Origin: an uncultured delta proteobacterium | Lineage (GTDB): Bacteria > Myxococcota_A > Polyangia > Fen-1088 | Assembly: GCA_963767925.1 (NCBI GenBank) | Contig: CAVYGB010000010.1 | Span: 1,056,001-1,120,000 of the forward strand | Length of the DNA: 64,000 nucleotides | Reading direction: 5' to 3' | Shown: positions 10,410-20,604 of the stretch, piece after piece | How positions within the stretch are numbered: the stretch's first letter is position 1 | Layout: the number at the start of each line of letters is the position of its first letter | Notes under the pieces: model-generated | What the model was told of the DNA's origin: nothing | Databases searched by the model: none | What the model saw: only the letters and a program-made list of their open reading frames with translations | Made by a program: the position numbers and the translations under genes

Positions 10410-10638
10410 TGTTGGAGAGGGGGAGGTGCTGGAGAGGGGGCGGTGCTGGAGAGGGGGAGGTGCTGGAGAGGGGGAGGTGCTGGAGAGGGGGAGGTGCTGG
10501 AGAGGGGGAGGTGCTGGAGAGGGGGAGGTGCTGGAGAGGGGGAGGTGCTGGAGAGGGGGCGGTGCTGGAGAGGGGGAGGTGTTGGAGAGGGGGAGGTGTT
10601 GGAGAGGGGAGGCTGGAGAGGGGGAGGTGTTGGAGAGG
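10408..10638 (+). repeat. Tandem array of about 13.5 x 17-bp GGTGCTGGAGAGGGGGA
   Basis: Directly visible; minor variants (GTT, GGGGC, short deletions near the 3' end). Confidence 0.97.
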
Positions 10639-10692
10639 TGCGATCGGGTTCCGGGGGCAAGTTCGCGGTGATCGGGCTAGATTGCCCGCGCC

Positions 10693-12276
10693 ATGTCTGT
10701 CGCCGCGCCTGCCTGTCTCGTGCTCTGCTTGCTGGCGGCCGGGCCCGCCGTGGCCCAGGCCCCCTTCTCCGTCGAGGAGGCCACGGTGGCGGAGCTGGGG
10801 GCGGCGATGCAGGCGGGGCGGGTGACGAGCCGGCAGCTCGTCGAGCTGTACCTGGCGCGCATCGAGGCGCTCGACCGGCGGGGGCCCACCCTGCGGCAGG
10901 TGCTGGAGACGAACCCCGAGGCGGCGGCCCTGGCCGAGGCGCTCGATCGCGAGCGCAAGGACAAGGGCCCGCGGGGGCCCCTGCACGGTGTCCCGGTTCT
11001 CCTGAAGGACAACATCGACACCGCCGACCGGATGACCACCACCGCGGGGTCGCTGGCCCTGGCCGGCTCGCGCCCGGCCCGCGACGCCTTCCTGGTCGAG
11101 CGGCTGCGGGCGGCGGGGGCGGTCCTGCTCGGCAAGACCAACATGAGCGAGTGGGCCAACTTCCGCTCGAGCCGCTCGTCGAGCGGCTGGAGCGGGCGCG
11201 GCGGCCAGGGGCGCAACCCCTACGCGCTCGATCGCTCCCCCTGCGGGTCCAGCTCGGGCACCGGGGCGGCCATCGCCGCCAGCTTCGCGGCGGTCGGCGT
11301 GGGCACCGAGACCGACGGCTCGATCGTCTGCCCCTCCTCGGCCAACGCCCTCGTCGGGATCAAGCCCACGGTCGGGCTGGTCAGCCGCGCGGGCATCATC
11401 CCCATCTCCCACAGCCAGGACACCGCCGGCCCGATGGCCCGCACGGTGGCCGACGCGGCGGTGCTGCTGGGGACCCTGGCCGGCCCCGATCCGCGCGACC
11501 CCGCCACCGCGGCCAGCCGGGGCAAGGCCCACGCCGACTACACCACCTTCCTCGACGGCAAGGCGCTGGCCGGCGCCCGCATCGGCGTCGCCCGCAAGCG
11601 GTTCTTCGGCTACAGCGCGAGCGCCGACCGCCTGGCCGAGCGGGCCATCGCCGATCTGAAGGCGGCCGGCGCGGTCATCGTCGATCCCGCCGACATCCCC
11701 CACGCCGGGGCGTACGAGGACGACGAGATGGAGGTGCTGCTCTACGAGTTCAAGGCCGACCTGAACGGCTACCTGGCCGGCCTGGGCCCGCAGGCCCCCG
11801 TCAAGTCGCTGCAGGAGATCATCACCTTCAACGAGCGCAACGCCGAGCGCGAGCTGCCCCACTTCGGGCAGGAGCTGTTTCACCGGGCCCAGAAGAAGGG
11901 GCCGCTGAGCGACCCGGCCTACCGCCGGGCGCTGGCCCGGGGCCAGCGGCTGGCCGGGCGCGAGGGGATCGACCGGGTCATGCGGCAACACCGGCTCGAC
12001 GCCCTGATCGCCCCCACCACGTCGCCGGCCTGGACGGTCGACCTGGTCAACGGCGACCACTACCTGGGCGCCAGCTCCACGCCGGCCGCGGTGGCCGGTT
12101 ACCCCAGCGTCAGCGTGCCGATGGGGTTCGTGCGGGGCCTGCCGGTGGGGCTGTCGTTCATCGGCGGCGCCTGGTGGGAGCCGCGCCTCATCGCGCTGGC
12201 CTTCGCCTACGAGCAGGCGACGCGGCACCGCCGCCCGCCCCGCTTCGCCGCGTCGGCCGAGCTGCCCGACCGCTGA
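10693..12276 (+). CDS. Secreted amidase (amidase-signature family)
   Basis: Signal peptide; LLKDN, GSSSG, GTETDGSIVCP (Lys/Ser/Ser triad). Confidence 0.93.
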   Translation: MSVAAPACLVLCLLAAGPAVAQAPFSVEEATVAELGAAMQAGRVTSRQLVELYLARIEALDRRGPTLRQVLETNPEAAALAEALDRERKDKGPRGPLHGVPVLLKDNIDTADRMTTTAGSLALAGSRPARDAFLVERLRAAGAVLLGKTNMSEWANFRSSRSSSGWSGRGGQGRNPYALDRSPCGSSSGTGAAIAASFAAVGVGTETDGSIVCPSSANALVGIKPTVGLVSRAGIIPISHSQDTAGPMARTVADAAVLLGTLAGPDPRDPATAASRGKAHADYTTFLDGKALAGARIGVARKRFFGYSASADRLAERAIADLKAAGAVIVDPADIPHAGAYEDDEMEVLLYEFKADLNGYLAGLGPQAPVKSLQEIITFNERNAERELPHFGQELFHRAQKKGPLSDPAYRRALARGQRLAGREGIDRVMRQHRLDALIAPTTSPAWTVDLVNGDHYLGASSTPAAVAGYPSVSVPMGFVRGLPVGLSFIGGAWWEPRLIALAFAYEQATRHRRPPRFAASAELPDR

Positions 12277-12309
12277 ATAATTTTCCCGCCCGCATGCAAT
12301 AGAGAGACG

Positions 12310-14301
12310 ATGCCCGCCTATTCGTCGTCCTTGTCGTCCCGGTCGCCGTCCCTGTCGCCGCCGCCACGGTGCCCTGCCGCGCCGTCACGCCGGTATGCGC
12401 TGCTCGCCGCGGCCGCCAGCGCCCTGTCCTGCCAGGCCAGCGCCCCCACGCCGCTGCCCACCGCGTCTGCGCCGGCCGCCGCGGCCCCGGTCCCCCCGAC
12501 CGCCCCGCCGGCGATCGACAGCCCGGAGATGGCCTGGTGGCGCGCGTCCCAGGTCGGGCGCGAGCAGCGGCTGGGCTGGTGGCGCGAGGCGCGCTTCGGC
12601 ATGTTCGTGCACTGGGGCGTCTACTCGGCCCTGGGCGGCGTCTGGGAGGGGCAGCCGGTGCGGGGCTACGCCGAGCACATCCAGCGCATCCGCAAGATCC
12701 CGGCGGCGGTCTACCGCGAGCAGGTCGCGGGCCAATTCTCCCCCACCGGGTTCGACGCCGACGCCTGGATCGCCGCCGCCAAGCGGGCCGGCCTGGGCTA
12801 CTTCATCATCACGGCCAAGCACCACGACGGCTTCGCCATGTACGACTCGGCGGTCAGCACCTACAACGTCGTGCAGGCGACCCCCTGGAAGCGCGATCCG
12901 ATGCGCGAGCTGAAGGAGGCCTGCCGCCGCCACGGCCTGAAGTTCGGCTTCTATTACTCTCACGCCTTCGACTGGGGCGAGGCCGACGGGGTCGGCAACG
13001 ACTGGGAGCACGACAACCCGGGCGGCGACCGCAACCTGCACGGCGGGCGCGACTGGTGGCTGACCGCGCCCGAGCGGCTGCCCCGCGCGCGCCGCTACGT
13101 CGACAGCAAGGCCATCCCCCAGCTCCGCGAGCTGATCGCGAAGTACGACCCGGACATCCTCTGGTTCGATACGCCCCACAAGCTGCCGCCCGCCGAGAAC
13201 CTGCGCATCTTGCAGGCGGTGCGCGCAGCCAAGCCCGACCTCGTCGTCAACGGCCGCATCGTCCAGGCGACCCCCGGCGGCCCCCCCGCCCGCTACGGCG
13301 ACTACCGCTCCACCGTCGACCGCCCCGCCGAGTTCCCCCCGGAGGCCGGCTCGGACTGGGAGGGGATCCCGACGACCAACGAGTCGTACGGGTGGCACCG
13401 GGAGGACCGCTCGCACAAGCCGGTGGGGCACTTCCTCGAGCTGCTGGCCAAGGCTGCCGCCCGGGGGGGCAACGTGCTGCTCAACGTGGGGCCCATGGGG
13501 GACGGGCGGCTCGACCCCCGCGATCTCGCCATCCTCGACGGGATCGCCGCCTGGATGAAGACCGGCCGCCCCAGCCTCGCCGGGACCGAGCGCACCCCGC
13601 TGGCCGTGCAGGCCTGGGGCGAGTCGACCCGCCGGGGCAACACCCTCTACCTGCACCTGCTGAACCCGCCGCGCGGCCGGCGGCTGGTGGTGGGCGGCCT
13701 GAAGGGGACGGTGAAGAGCGCGGTGCTGCTCACCGGGACGCCGAACGTCCGCCTGCCCCACCAGCGCCTGGGCGACGAGGACCTCGCCATCACCCTGCCC
13801 GCCCGCCTCACCCAGCCCGGCCACCCGGTGGTGGCCCTGGAGCTGGAGGGCGAGCCGGCCGCCGATCCAGCCCGCCTGCTGTCGGCCGACGTCGCCGCCG
13901 ACACCCTGCGCGCCTTCGACGGCACCTTGTCGGAGGGCCTCGCCTTCGGCACGGGCAAGACCAGCGACGCCTGGGTGCGGGGCTGGACCCGCCTCGATCA
14001 GACCGTGAGCTGGCCGGTCCGCCTGCGCGAGCCGGCCACCTTCTCGGTCTCGATCGCCTACGACGCCCCGGCCAGCTCCGCGGGCGGCACCTTCCGGGTC
14101 GAGCTGGGCGACAAGACCCTGACCGGCACGGTGGCCGAGACGCCGGCCGCCCCCGTCCCCCTGGGCCGGGTGACGCTGGCCCCGGGGCGCTTGACCCTCA
14201 CGGTGCGCGCCACCGCCATCGCCGGCGGCGAGCTGCTGCGCCTGCGCGGGATCCGCCTGCAGCCCGTCGAGCCACCCCAGGCCTCCGCCCGGCGGCGGTG
14301 A
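12310..14301 (+). CDS. Alpha-L-fucosidase GH29 with C-terminal beta-sandwich
   Basis: RFGMFVHWG, TAKHHDGF, FGFYYS, LWFD nucleophile, GNVLLNVGP; exact start uncertain. Confidence 0.92.
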   Translation: MPAYSSSLSSRSPSLSPPPRCPAAPSRRYALLAAAASALSCQASAPTPLPTASAPAAAAPVPPTAPPAIDSPEMAWWRASQVGREQRLGWWREARFGMFVHWGVYSALGGVWEGQPVRGYAEHIQRIRKIPAAVYREQVAGQFSPTGFDADAWIAAAKRAGLGYFIITAKHHDGFAMYDSAVSTYNVVQATPWKRDPMRELKEACRRHGLKFGFYYSHAFDWGEADGVGNDWEHDNPGGDRNLHGGRDWWLTAPERLPRARRYVDSKAIPQLRELIAKYDPDILWFDTPHKLPPAENLRILQAVRAAKPDLVVNGRIVQATPGGPPARYGDYRSTVDRPAEFPPEAGSDWEGIPTTNESYGWHREDRSHKPVGHFLELLAKAAARGGNVLLNVGPMGDGRLDPRDLAILDGIAAWMKTGRPSLAGTERTPLAVQAWGESTRRGNTLYLHLLNPPRGRRLVVGGLKGTVKSAVLLTGTPNVRLPHQRLGDEDLAITLPARLTQPGHPVVALELEGEPAADPARLLSADVAADTLRAFDGTLSEGLAFGTGKTSDAWVRGWTRLDQTVSWPVRLREPATFSVSIAYDAPASSAGGTFRVELGDKTLTGTVAETPAAPVPLGRVTLAPGRLTLTVRATAIAGGELLRLRGIRLQPVEPPQASARRR

Positions 14302-14333
14302 GCCCGGGCGCACCGGCTTCGACGTAGCGTGGC

Positions 14334-16412
14334 TCAGGCGGCGAGCTGGCGCACCAGCGCGCGCAGATCGTCGGGGCTGAAGGGCTTCTGGAGCTGGGGG
14401 ACGGCGTCGGTCCCCGGGGGCAGGCGGCCGGCGCGGGCCATCCCGGTGAGGAAGGCGAAGTGGTTCAGCAGGTGCGGCCGGAGCTGGCGGACCTTCGCCA
14501 GCAACAGCTCGCCGCCCCCGCTGGCCATGATCAGGTCGGAGATGACGAGGTCGAGCGGGGCGCTCGAGGCGAGCACCTCGGTCGCCGCCGCCACCGAGTC
14601 GACGACGATCACGACCGCCTCGTCCTCGAGCATCCGCCGCACCGTCTTGCGCAGCGGCTCCTCGTCGTCGACGAAGAGGACGCTGATCCGCCGGGCGGGG
14701 GTCGTGAACATCACCGCCCGGGGGCCCGTGTCGCCGAGGGGGCGCTCGGCGGGCGGCCGGGCCCGCACCGGCAGGTGGAGGCTGAAGACGCTGCCCACGT
14801 CGACCTCGCTCTTGACCTCGATGCGGCCGCCGAGCTGCTCGATGAGGTTGCGGCACACCGAGAGGCCCAGGCCGCTGCCGCCCGGGCGGGTGCTGAAGAA
14901 GGGATCGAAGATGCGGGCCAGCTTGGGCCCGGCGATGCCGCAGCCGTTGTCGGCAATCTCGACCAGCACCTCGCCCCCCTGGGCCCAGGTGCGCACGCTG
15001 ACCCGGTTCTCCGCCTCCGCCCGCCCGGCCGGCATGGCCTGGCTGGCGTTGAGCACCAGGTTGAGCACCACCTGACCCAGCCGCCCCGGCCGCCCGTGCC
15101 ACCAGGGGATCTGGCCGAGGTCGCGCTCGACGATGGTCCGCTGGGCCAGCCGGGGGGCCGCCAGGCGCAAGGTCTCGCCGATGACGTCGTTGACGTTGAC
15201 CATCTCCAGGTCGCGTTCGGTCGAGTGGAACGTCCGCAGGTCGGTGACGATCTTCGCCACCCGGCGGGCGCCGTCGCGGGCGTCCTGGGCTTGCTCGAGC
15301 AGCTCGTGGGCGGTGCGCGCGCCGATCACGGCGTCGCGGGGAACCTGGCTCAGGTTCTTGATCAGCTCGTCGAGGCTGGGCAGCATGAAGGCCAGCGGGT
15401 TGTTGATCTCGTGCCCCACCCCGGCGACCAGCAGGCCCAGGCTGGCCAGGCGGGAGTTGGTCTCGGCCTGCGCCGCCAGCCGGCGCGGCTCGGTGATGTC
15501 ACGGACCATCAGCAACACGCAGGGTTGCCCGTCGAACACCAGGGGGATGCGCCGGAGCTGCAGGTAGAAGCGCTCCTCGGCCCGGCGGAAGCTGACCTCG
15601 AGGAAGCGCCGGTCGGGCACCTCCTCCGACTCGAGCCACTTCAGCAGGGCGGAGCGGTCCGGCTCCTCGAAGTGCTCGGCCACCGGCCGCTGCTCGAAGG
15701 CCTCGATGTTCGCCTCGGCGAACAGATCGAGGAAGGCGCGGTTGGCGTACACCGGCCGATCGTCGTCCCAGACCACGATGCCGTCGGGCGCCACCTCGAG
15801 CAGGTCGCGGAGCTGGCCGCGCGCGTCCTCCGCCTGGCGAAGGGCGCGCTTGAGGATCGAGACGTCCTGCACGCACAGCAGGATCTGGCGGCCGTGGCCG
15901 GCGGGGTCCCGGGCCAGCACGCCGTTGACGCTGCCGGTCCAGTCGGGGACCTCGGCGCCGGGCGTCTGGAAGCGGAAGGTCTCGCTGAGCGGCTGATCCG
16001 ACTCGCGGATGCGGTGGAGGAACGACTCGAAGGAGAGCCGGCCCATGGGCGTCAGGAAGCGCGACAGGCGAAAGCGGCCGCCGGCATGGAGCCCGAACAT
16101 GGCCTGGGCCCGCTGGTTGAGGCGCGTCACCACCCCCTCGGGCTGCAGGATGACGTAGCCGACCGGGGCGGTGAGGAAGAGCTGGGCGAAGTCGGCGGCG
16201 CTGGTCTCGAGCGCCTGGCGGGTGGAGACCAGCTCCTCGTGCTGGAGCTGCAACTCGACGGAGTAGACCTGCAGCTCCTCGAGGGTCTTCGACTCGATCT
16301 GCTCGCTGGCCAGCTCGAGGGCCCGGATCTCCAGGCGGGCCCGCTCGCCGGGGGAGACGGGACCGGACAGATCATCGAGTGGGCTGTGATCCTGCACCTT
16401 TTCCACCTTCAC
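14334..16412 (-). CDS. Hybrid PAS-PAS histidine kinase with receiver domain
   Basis: HEINNPL H-box, NLVLNA, DNGCGI, FDPFF, GSGLGL, VDDE...ISD. Confidence 0.93.
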   Translation of the reverse strand: MKVEKVQDHSPLDDLSGPVSPGERARLEIRALELASEQIESKTLEELQVYSVELQLQHEELVSTRQALETSAADFAQLFLTAPVGYVILQPEGVVTRLNQRAQAMFGLHAGGRFRLSRFLTPMGRLSFESFLHRIRESDQPLSETFRFQTPGAEVPDWTGSVNGVLARDPAGHGRQILLCVQDVSILKRALRQAEDARGQLRDLLEVAPDGIVVWDDDRPVYANRAFLDLFAEANIEAFEQRPVAEHFEEPDRSALLKWLESEEVPDRRFLEVSFRRAEERFYLQLRRIPLVFDGQPCVLLMVRDITEPRRLAAQAETNSRLASLGLLVAGVGHEINNPLAFMLPSLDELIKNLSQVPRDAVIGARTAHELLEQAQDARDGARRVAKIVTDLRTFHSTERDLEMVNVNDVIGETLRLAAPRLAQRTIVERDLGQIPWWHGRPGRLGQVVLNLVLNASQAMPAGRAEAENRVSVRTWAQGGEVLVEIADNGCGIAGPKLARIFDPFFSTRPGGSGLGLSVCRNLIEQLGGRIEVKSEVDVGSVFSLHLPVRARPPAERPLGDTGPRAVMFTTPARRISVLFVDDEEPLRKTVRRMLEDEAVVIVVDSVAAATEVLASSAPLDLVISDLIMASGGGELLLAKVRQLRPHLLNHFAFLTGMARAGRLPPGTDAVPQLQKPFSPDDLRALVRQLAA

Positions 16413-16499
16413 CTCCCCGGGTGGCGCGCATGACGCGCTCTTGCCAGGTGCATCGACAGCCCGGGGCGAAACCTTAGGATCGGATGTAGACCGGGCGGG

Positions 16500-18005
16500 T
16501 CAATGGGCGTGATCGCCTCCGGTTGCGCGGGCGGCGAGCTGGCTCACCCTCAGGACTCCGCGGATCTCCCCCTGAGGGTCGCGCAGCGGCGTCAGGCGCA
16601 CCCGCTCGACGAAGCTGTCGCCGCCCGGCACCTCGATCAGGAACTGGCCGGTCCAGGTCTCGCCGTTGCGGGCGCGGGCGAAGGCGGCCTGGAAGCGGGC
16701 CCGGTCGGCGGGGCGCAGCAGGCTGCTGGCGCTGGTCCCCTCCAGCCAGCGGGGGTCGCGGTGAAACAAATCGGCAAAGCTCGAGGTCGCCAGGCTCATC
16801 CGCCCCTCCTGGTCCAGGAGCGCGACCGACAGGCCGCTCTCCTCGAGGGCCCGGAGGAGGTGCTGGGCGACCCCGGCGACGCGGGGCCGCGGGCCGGCCC
16901 CCGCGCCGCCAGCCGACAGCGCCGCCAGCTCGTCCTCGAGGGCGCGGATGCGGGCCCGCACCTCGTCGCTCGGCGGTCCCACCTCGGCCTCGACCGCGCC
17001 GGCCGGCGGGGGAGCCGGACGCTCGCTCTCGAAGTAGGTCACCCGGCGGGGGGGCTCGCGCGGCGGGGTGGGCCGGGGCGCGCGCTCACCCGGTGGCGGG
17101 GGGTGAGGGGGCGACGGCGGGTGGGACCCGGGGTCGCGGGTGCGGAAGATGCGCCAGCGCGAGTCGATCAGCTCGAAGCCGCTCTCCTCGGCGGCGAGGC
17201 TCTCGCTCTCGCCGAGCGAGAGCAGCCCGCCCGGCGCGAGGGCGGCGGCGAAGGTGCGGGCCACCTGCGCGTGCGCCTGGCCGTTCAGATAGATGAGCAC
17301 GTTCCGGCAGCAGACCAGGTCGAGGTCGGTGAAGGGGGGATCGCGCAGCAAGTTGTGGCAGGAGAACCGCACCCGGTCGCGCAGCTCCCGGCGGACGCCG
17401 TAGCCGGCGCCCGGCTCGGCGACGAAGTGCCGGGCCAGCAGGTCGGGGGGGATGTCGGCGGCGACCGAGGCGGGGTAGCGCCCCCCGGCCGCCCGGGCCA
17501 CCGCGCGGAGGTTGACGTCGGTGGCGAACAGCCAGAAGCCGCGCGGGCTCCCCTCGGCGGCCAGGAGCTCGGCCAGGGCCACCGCCACCGTGAAGGCCTC
17601 CTCGCCGCTCGAACATCCGCAGACCCAGGCGCGCAGCGGATCGCGGGCGGGCGGCCGCGCCTGCAGGTAGGCCCGCAGGGCGGCCTGCAGGGCCAGCAGG
17701 CCGGCGGGGTCCCGGAAGAAGCGGGTCACGCCGATGAGCAGCTCCTCGGCCAGGCGCCCGGCCTCGCCCGCGTCGCTGCGCAGGAGATGGAGGTAGGCCG
17801 CGCCGGAGTCGAGGTGCAGGACGCGCAGGCGCTTGTCGAGACCGCGGGCGACGGCGGCCGGCTTGTAAAGGGCGAAGTCGAGCTCGGCCTTCTGCGACAG
17901 CAGGGCGAGGATCTCGGCGAAGGCCGGCTGGTCCTCCTCGAGGACCGCCTCGGCCGGCTGGTCGACCGGCAGCCGGGACCGCGGAGACACGTGCTGATCG
18001 CCCAT
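16500..18005 (-). CDS. CheR-type methyltransferase with C-terminal PAS
   Basis: IGVTRFFRD, GCSSGEEA, HNLLRDPPF, CRNVLIY, LGESES. Confidence 0.9.
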   Translation of the reverse strand: MGDQHVSPRSRLPVDQPAEAVLEEDQPAFAEILALLSQKAELDFALYKPAAVARGLDKRLRVLHLDSGAAYLHLLRSDAGEAGRLAEELLIGVTRFFRDPAGLLALQAALRAYLQARPPARDPLRAWVCGCSSGEEAFTVAVALAELLAAEGSPRGFWLFATDVNLRAVARAAGGRYPASVAADIPPDLLARHFVAEPGAGYGVRRELRDRVRFSCHNLLRDPPFTDLDLVCCRNVLIYLNGQAHAQVARTFAAALAPGGLLSLGESESLAAEESGFELIDSRWRIFRTRDPGSHPPSPPHPPPPGERAPRPTPPREPPRRVTYFESERPAPPPAGAVEAEVGPPSDEVRARIRALEDELAALSAGGAGAGPRPRVAGVAQHLLRALEESGLSVALLDQEGRMSLATSSFADLFHRDPRWLEGTSASSLLRPADRARFQAAFARARNGETWTGQFLIEVPGGDSFVERVRLTPLRDPQGEIRGVLRVSQLAARATGGDHAH

Positions 18006-18207
18006 CCTTCTCCCCCCCATCGCGCCGGCGCGCCGACTGCGCGAAGAAACAAAGTGACAGCTCCCGGGAGGCAAGTACAGCGCGGCGGCACGAGGGAGGT
18101 GGCGCGCGGCCGAGGGTGTGAGGGCGCTCGCGGAGGCCAGGTAGGGGCGCCTGCTACCGGGGGTCGGCCGGGTCCGCGGGGTGTCGGGCGGGCGGCCTTG
18201 ACGACGT

Positions 18208-18217
18208 TACATTTGTA
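18208..18217. promoter_or_regulatory. BlaI/CopY-type operator TACA-NN-TGTA
   Basis: Exact TACATTTGTA next to a TTGACG hexamer, about 50 bp upstream of the BlaI-family gene. Confidence 0.75.
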
Positions 18218-18264
18218 GTGCTCCTGCTATGTCAGTCGTCGCAACGACGAGACGGGAGAGACCG

Positions 18265-18675
18265 ATGGCCAGCAAGACACCGGAGATCCTCGAGACGGAG
18301 TGGGACATCCTGGACGCCCTCTGGAAGGCGGAGCGAGCCACCGCCCGGCTGGTGACCGAGGCGCTGCAGGGGCGGCGGGGGTGGGCCTACTCCACCGTGA
18401 AGACCCTGCTCGACCGCATGGTGGAAAAGAACCTGGTGCAGGCGCGCCAGGTGGGCAACGTCTGGGAGTACACCCCCGGCCTGCCCCGCCACAAAGCGCA
18501 GCGCTGGGCCTGGCGCCGGCTGGTGGACGTGGCCTTCGGGGGCGCCACCGCGCCGACCCTGACCTTCGTGGCGAAGGAGACCCGCCTCAGCAAGCGCGAT
18601 CGGGCCGAGCTGCGGGCCTTGCTGGATCAGCTCGAAAAACAGGACGATCGGCGAGAGGAGAACGACCATGAGTGA
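18265..18675 (+). CDS. BlaI/MecI/CopY-family transcriptional repressor
   Basis: EWDILDALW, WAYSTVKTLLDRMVEKNLV, FGG. Confidence 0.93.
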   Translation: MASKTPEILETEWDILDALWKAERATARLVTEALQGRRGWAYSTVKTLLDRMVEKNLVQARQVGNVWEYTPGLPRHKAQRWAWRRLVDVAFGGATAPTLTFVAKETRLSKRDRAELRALLDQLEKQDDRREENDHE

Positions 18676-18981
18676 GGGCGTGGCTTCGCTGCTGGCCGCA
18701 GGGCTGCGGGCGCTGGGCGGGGCGCTGCTGGGCTGGGCTACGAGCGCGATCTGGCCGCGAAGCCGGAGCTGGGCGGGCGGATCGCGGTGCGCTTCACCAT
18801 CGCCGCGACGGGCAAGGTGGTGGACTCGGTCCTCGTGAGCACGACGATGGGCGCGCCCCGGGTGGAGAGCTGCGTGGTGCGCGGCGTGCTGGGCTGGGAG
18901 TTTCCCCGACCCCAGGGCGACGGCGCCGTCGTCGTGACCTACCCCTTCATGTTCACCCCCGCCGGGGCGCCCGCGCCGTAA
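18668..18981 (+). pseudogene. Remnant of the BlaI partner gene (probably M56/BlaR1-like): hydrophobic N-terminus joined out of frame to an AgmX/PglI (TonB-C-like) domain
   Basis: MSEGVASLLAAGLRALGGALLGW overlapping the blaI stop, then another frame gives YERDLAAKPELGGRIAVRFTI...ESCV...WEFPRP...VTYPFMF. Confidence 0.65.
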
Positions 18982-19085
18982 TTGAACGGCGTTCAATTTT
19001 TGCTGCCGCCGGGGGTTTGCCGTGTCAGGGAAGGCTGGGTCCAACCCGGCCCGGAACCTCGGTTCCGGGCCCAAGGAGACTCCCC

Positions 19086-19616
19086 ATGCGCGCACCCCGA
19101 TGTTTCCTGCTCCCCCTCCTGCTCGCAGCGATCGGCTGCGGCGACGACGGCAGCCCTGAGCCGGCGGGATCCCCCCCGCCCGGGTCGGCCCAGGGCGCCC
19201 TCACCTTCTGGGACGACGTGGGGCCCATCCTCAACGCCAAGTGCGTGGCCTGCCACCAGCCCGGCGGCATCGGGCCCTTCGCCCTCGACCGCTTCGAGGT
19301 GGCCGACACGCACGCCGCCCTTATCGCCACCAAGACCCGGACCGGTGTCATGCCGCCTTACCTCGTCGCCCACGACGGCTCCTGCGGCGAGTTCGAGGAC
19401 GCCGAGACCCTGACCGCCGCCGAGCTCGAGACCCTGCAGAGGTGGGCCAAGGGTCCCCGGGTGGAGGGTACACCCCGCAGCTCGACCCGCCCGGTGCGAC
19501 CCGGGATCGACGACGGCATCCCCTACACGACGCCCACCCTGGTCCCGGTCGCCCAATGGGGCACCCGCAACGAGATGTGCATCGCGATCCTGATGCTCGC
19601 CCTCCCCTCTCAGTAG
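19086..19616 (+). pseudogene. Internally deleted cytochrome c-like/copper monooxygenase lipoprotein
   Basis: Lipobox AIGC, CVACH, MPP; ends WGTRNEMC as in Cu-monooxygenase C-termini, but the intervening domains are absent. Confidence 0.6.
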
Positions 19617-19679
19617 GGCAGCGACTGGTTGATACACCGGCGGGCCAATCCACCCGCCGGTGTTCCAGCGCCGCGCCGG

Positions 19680-20040
19680 TCAGGAGGAGGCGCGGCGGCT
19701 TCGTCCTCTGGTCCAACGGGAGAGGAGCGCCAGGCCCGCGAGCCAGAGGAACGGGCCGGGGCGGGACGGAGGGCCCGCCAGGGCGCAGCCTTGCTCGACG
19801 GCGAAGCGTTCATCGATCCCCGGGCGGACCAAGAAGTCGTCGCGGCCGGCGATCGGGCGGCCTCTCACGGCCAGGCCCTCGGAGGTGCAGGAGACCGGGG
19901 CGTCCTCGAGGACGGTGAAGGACGCGCCGTCTTCCCGGCAAAACACGGCGGGCGGGCTGAGGCTCCCGTTCTCTCCACGCCGCCGCAGGCGCACGCACCG
20001 GAAGTCAGGATCGGGTGCACGAACCGACGCAACCGCCAGG
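19680..20040 (-). pseudogene. C-terminal fragment of a MYXO-CTERM-type surface protein
   Basis: QGCALAG...FLWLAGLALLSRWTRGRSRR tail; no credible N-terminus. Confidence 0.45.
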
Positions 20041-20109
20041 TACCCATGCCTGCGATTATAGCCCGCGCGCACGCCGGGGGCTGACGCCCGCGCTCCCGGG
20101 CGCCGCAAC

Positions 20110-20457
20110 ATGCGCGGCCGCCTCGACCAGGAGATCGACGGGCGCGCGCAGGTGGAGCTCATCGCTCAGATGTTCGATCGGGGCAAGATCGACGCCGGCG
20201 CCCCGGACGCCGCGGCCGAGCGGCTCCGGCGGGTCAAGGAGCAGCAGCAGGTCGAGCCGGGGGGCGGCCTGTGGCTGACCAGCAAGATCCAGGAGGCCAC
20301 CAAGGGCGAGTCGGACGAGACGCACCTGAACCGCAACCTCGACCGCGCCGAGCAGGCGGCGGCCAGCAGGGACCAGGCGCGAGCCGGGCGCCTGGCCGGA
20401 GGAGGCTTCGTCGTCGAGGAGCACACCCTCGGGCATGACGGGTGCACCTGTTCTTGA
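20110..20457 (+). CDS. Hypothetical protein or fragment
   Basis: GC3-rich codons only. Confidence 0.3.
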   Translation: MRGRLDQEIDGRAQVELIAQMFDRGKIDAGAPDAAAERLRRVKEQQQVEPGGGLWLTSKIQEATKGESDETHLNRNLDRAEQAAASRDQARAGRLAGGGFVVEEHTLGHDGCTCS

Positions 20458-20604
20458 TGGGTCCCGCCTGAAATGCGAAGACGGTGACGGGCAGATCGAG
20501 GCGTCGACCCTGCGCATGGTGGCCCCGCCCGGGTCGTCCACGCTCGGAAAAAAACGGCTAATGGCCAGCAGCCCGAGGGTCACGGCGGCGGCCCCCAGCA
20601 AGGA

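Noticed and set aside
10408..10638. Array as a CRISPR or as a repeat protein (ORFs 10283-10825, 10426-10671)
   Set aside because: No spacers and no cas genes; the 17-nt unit is not a multiple of 3, so the same peptide cycles through all frames.
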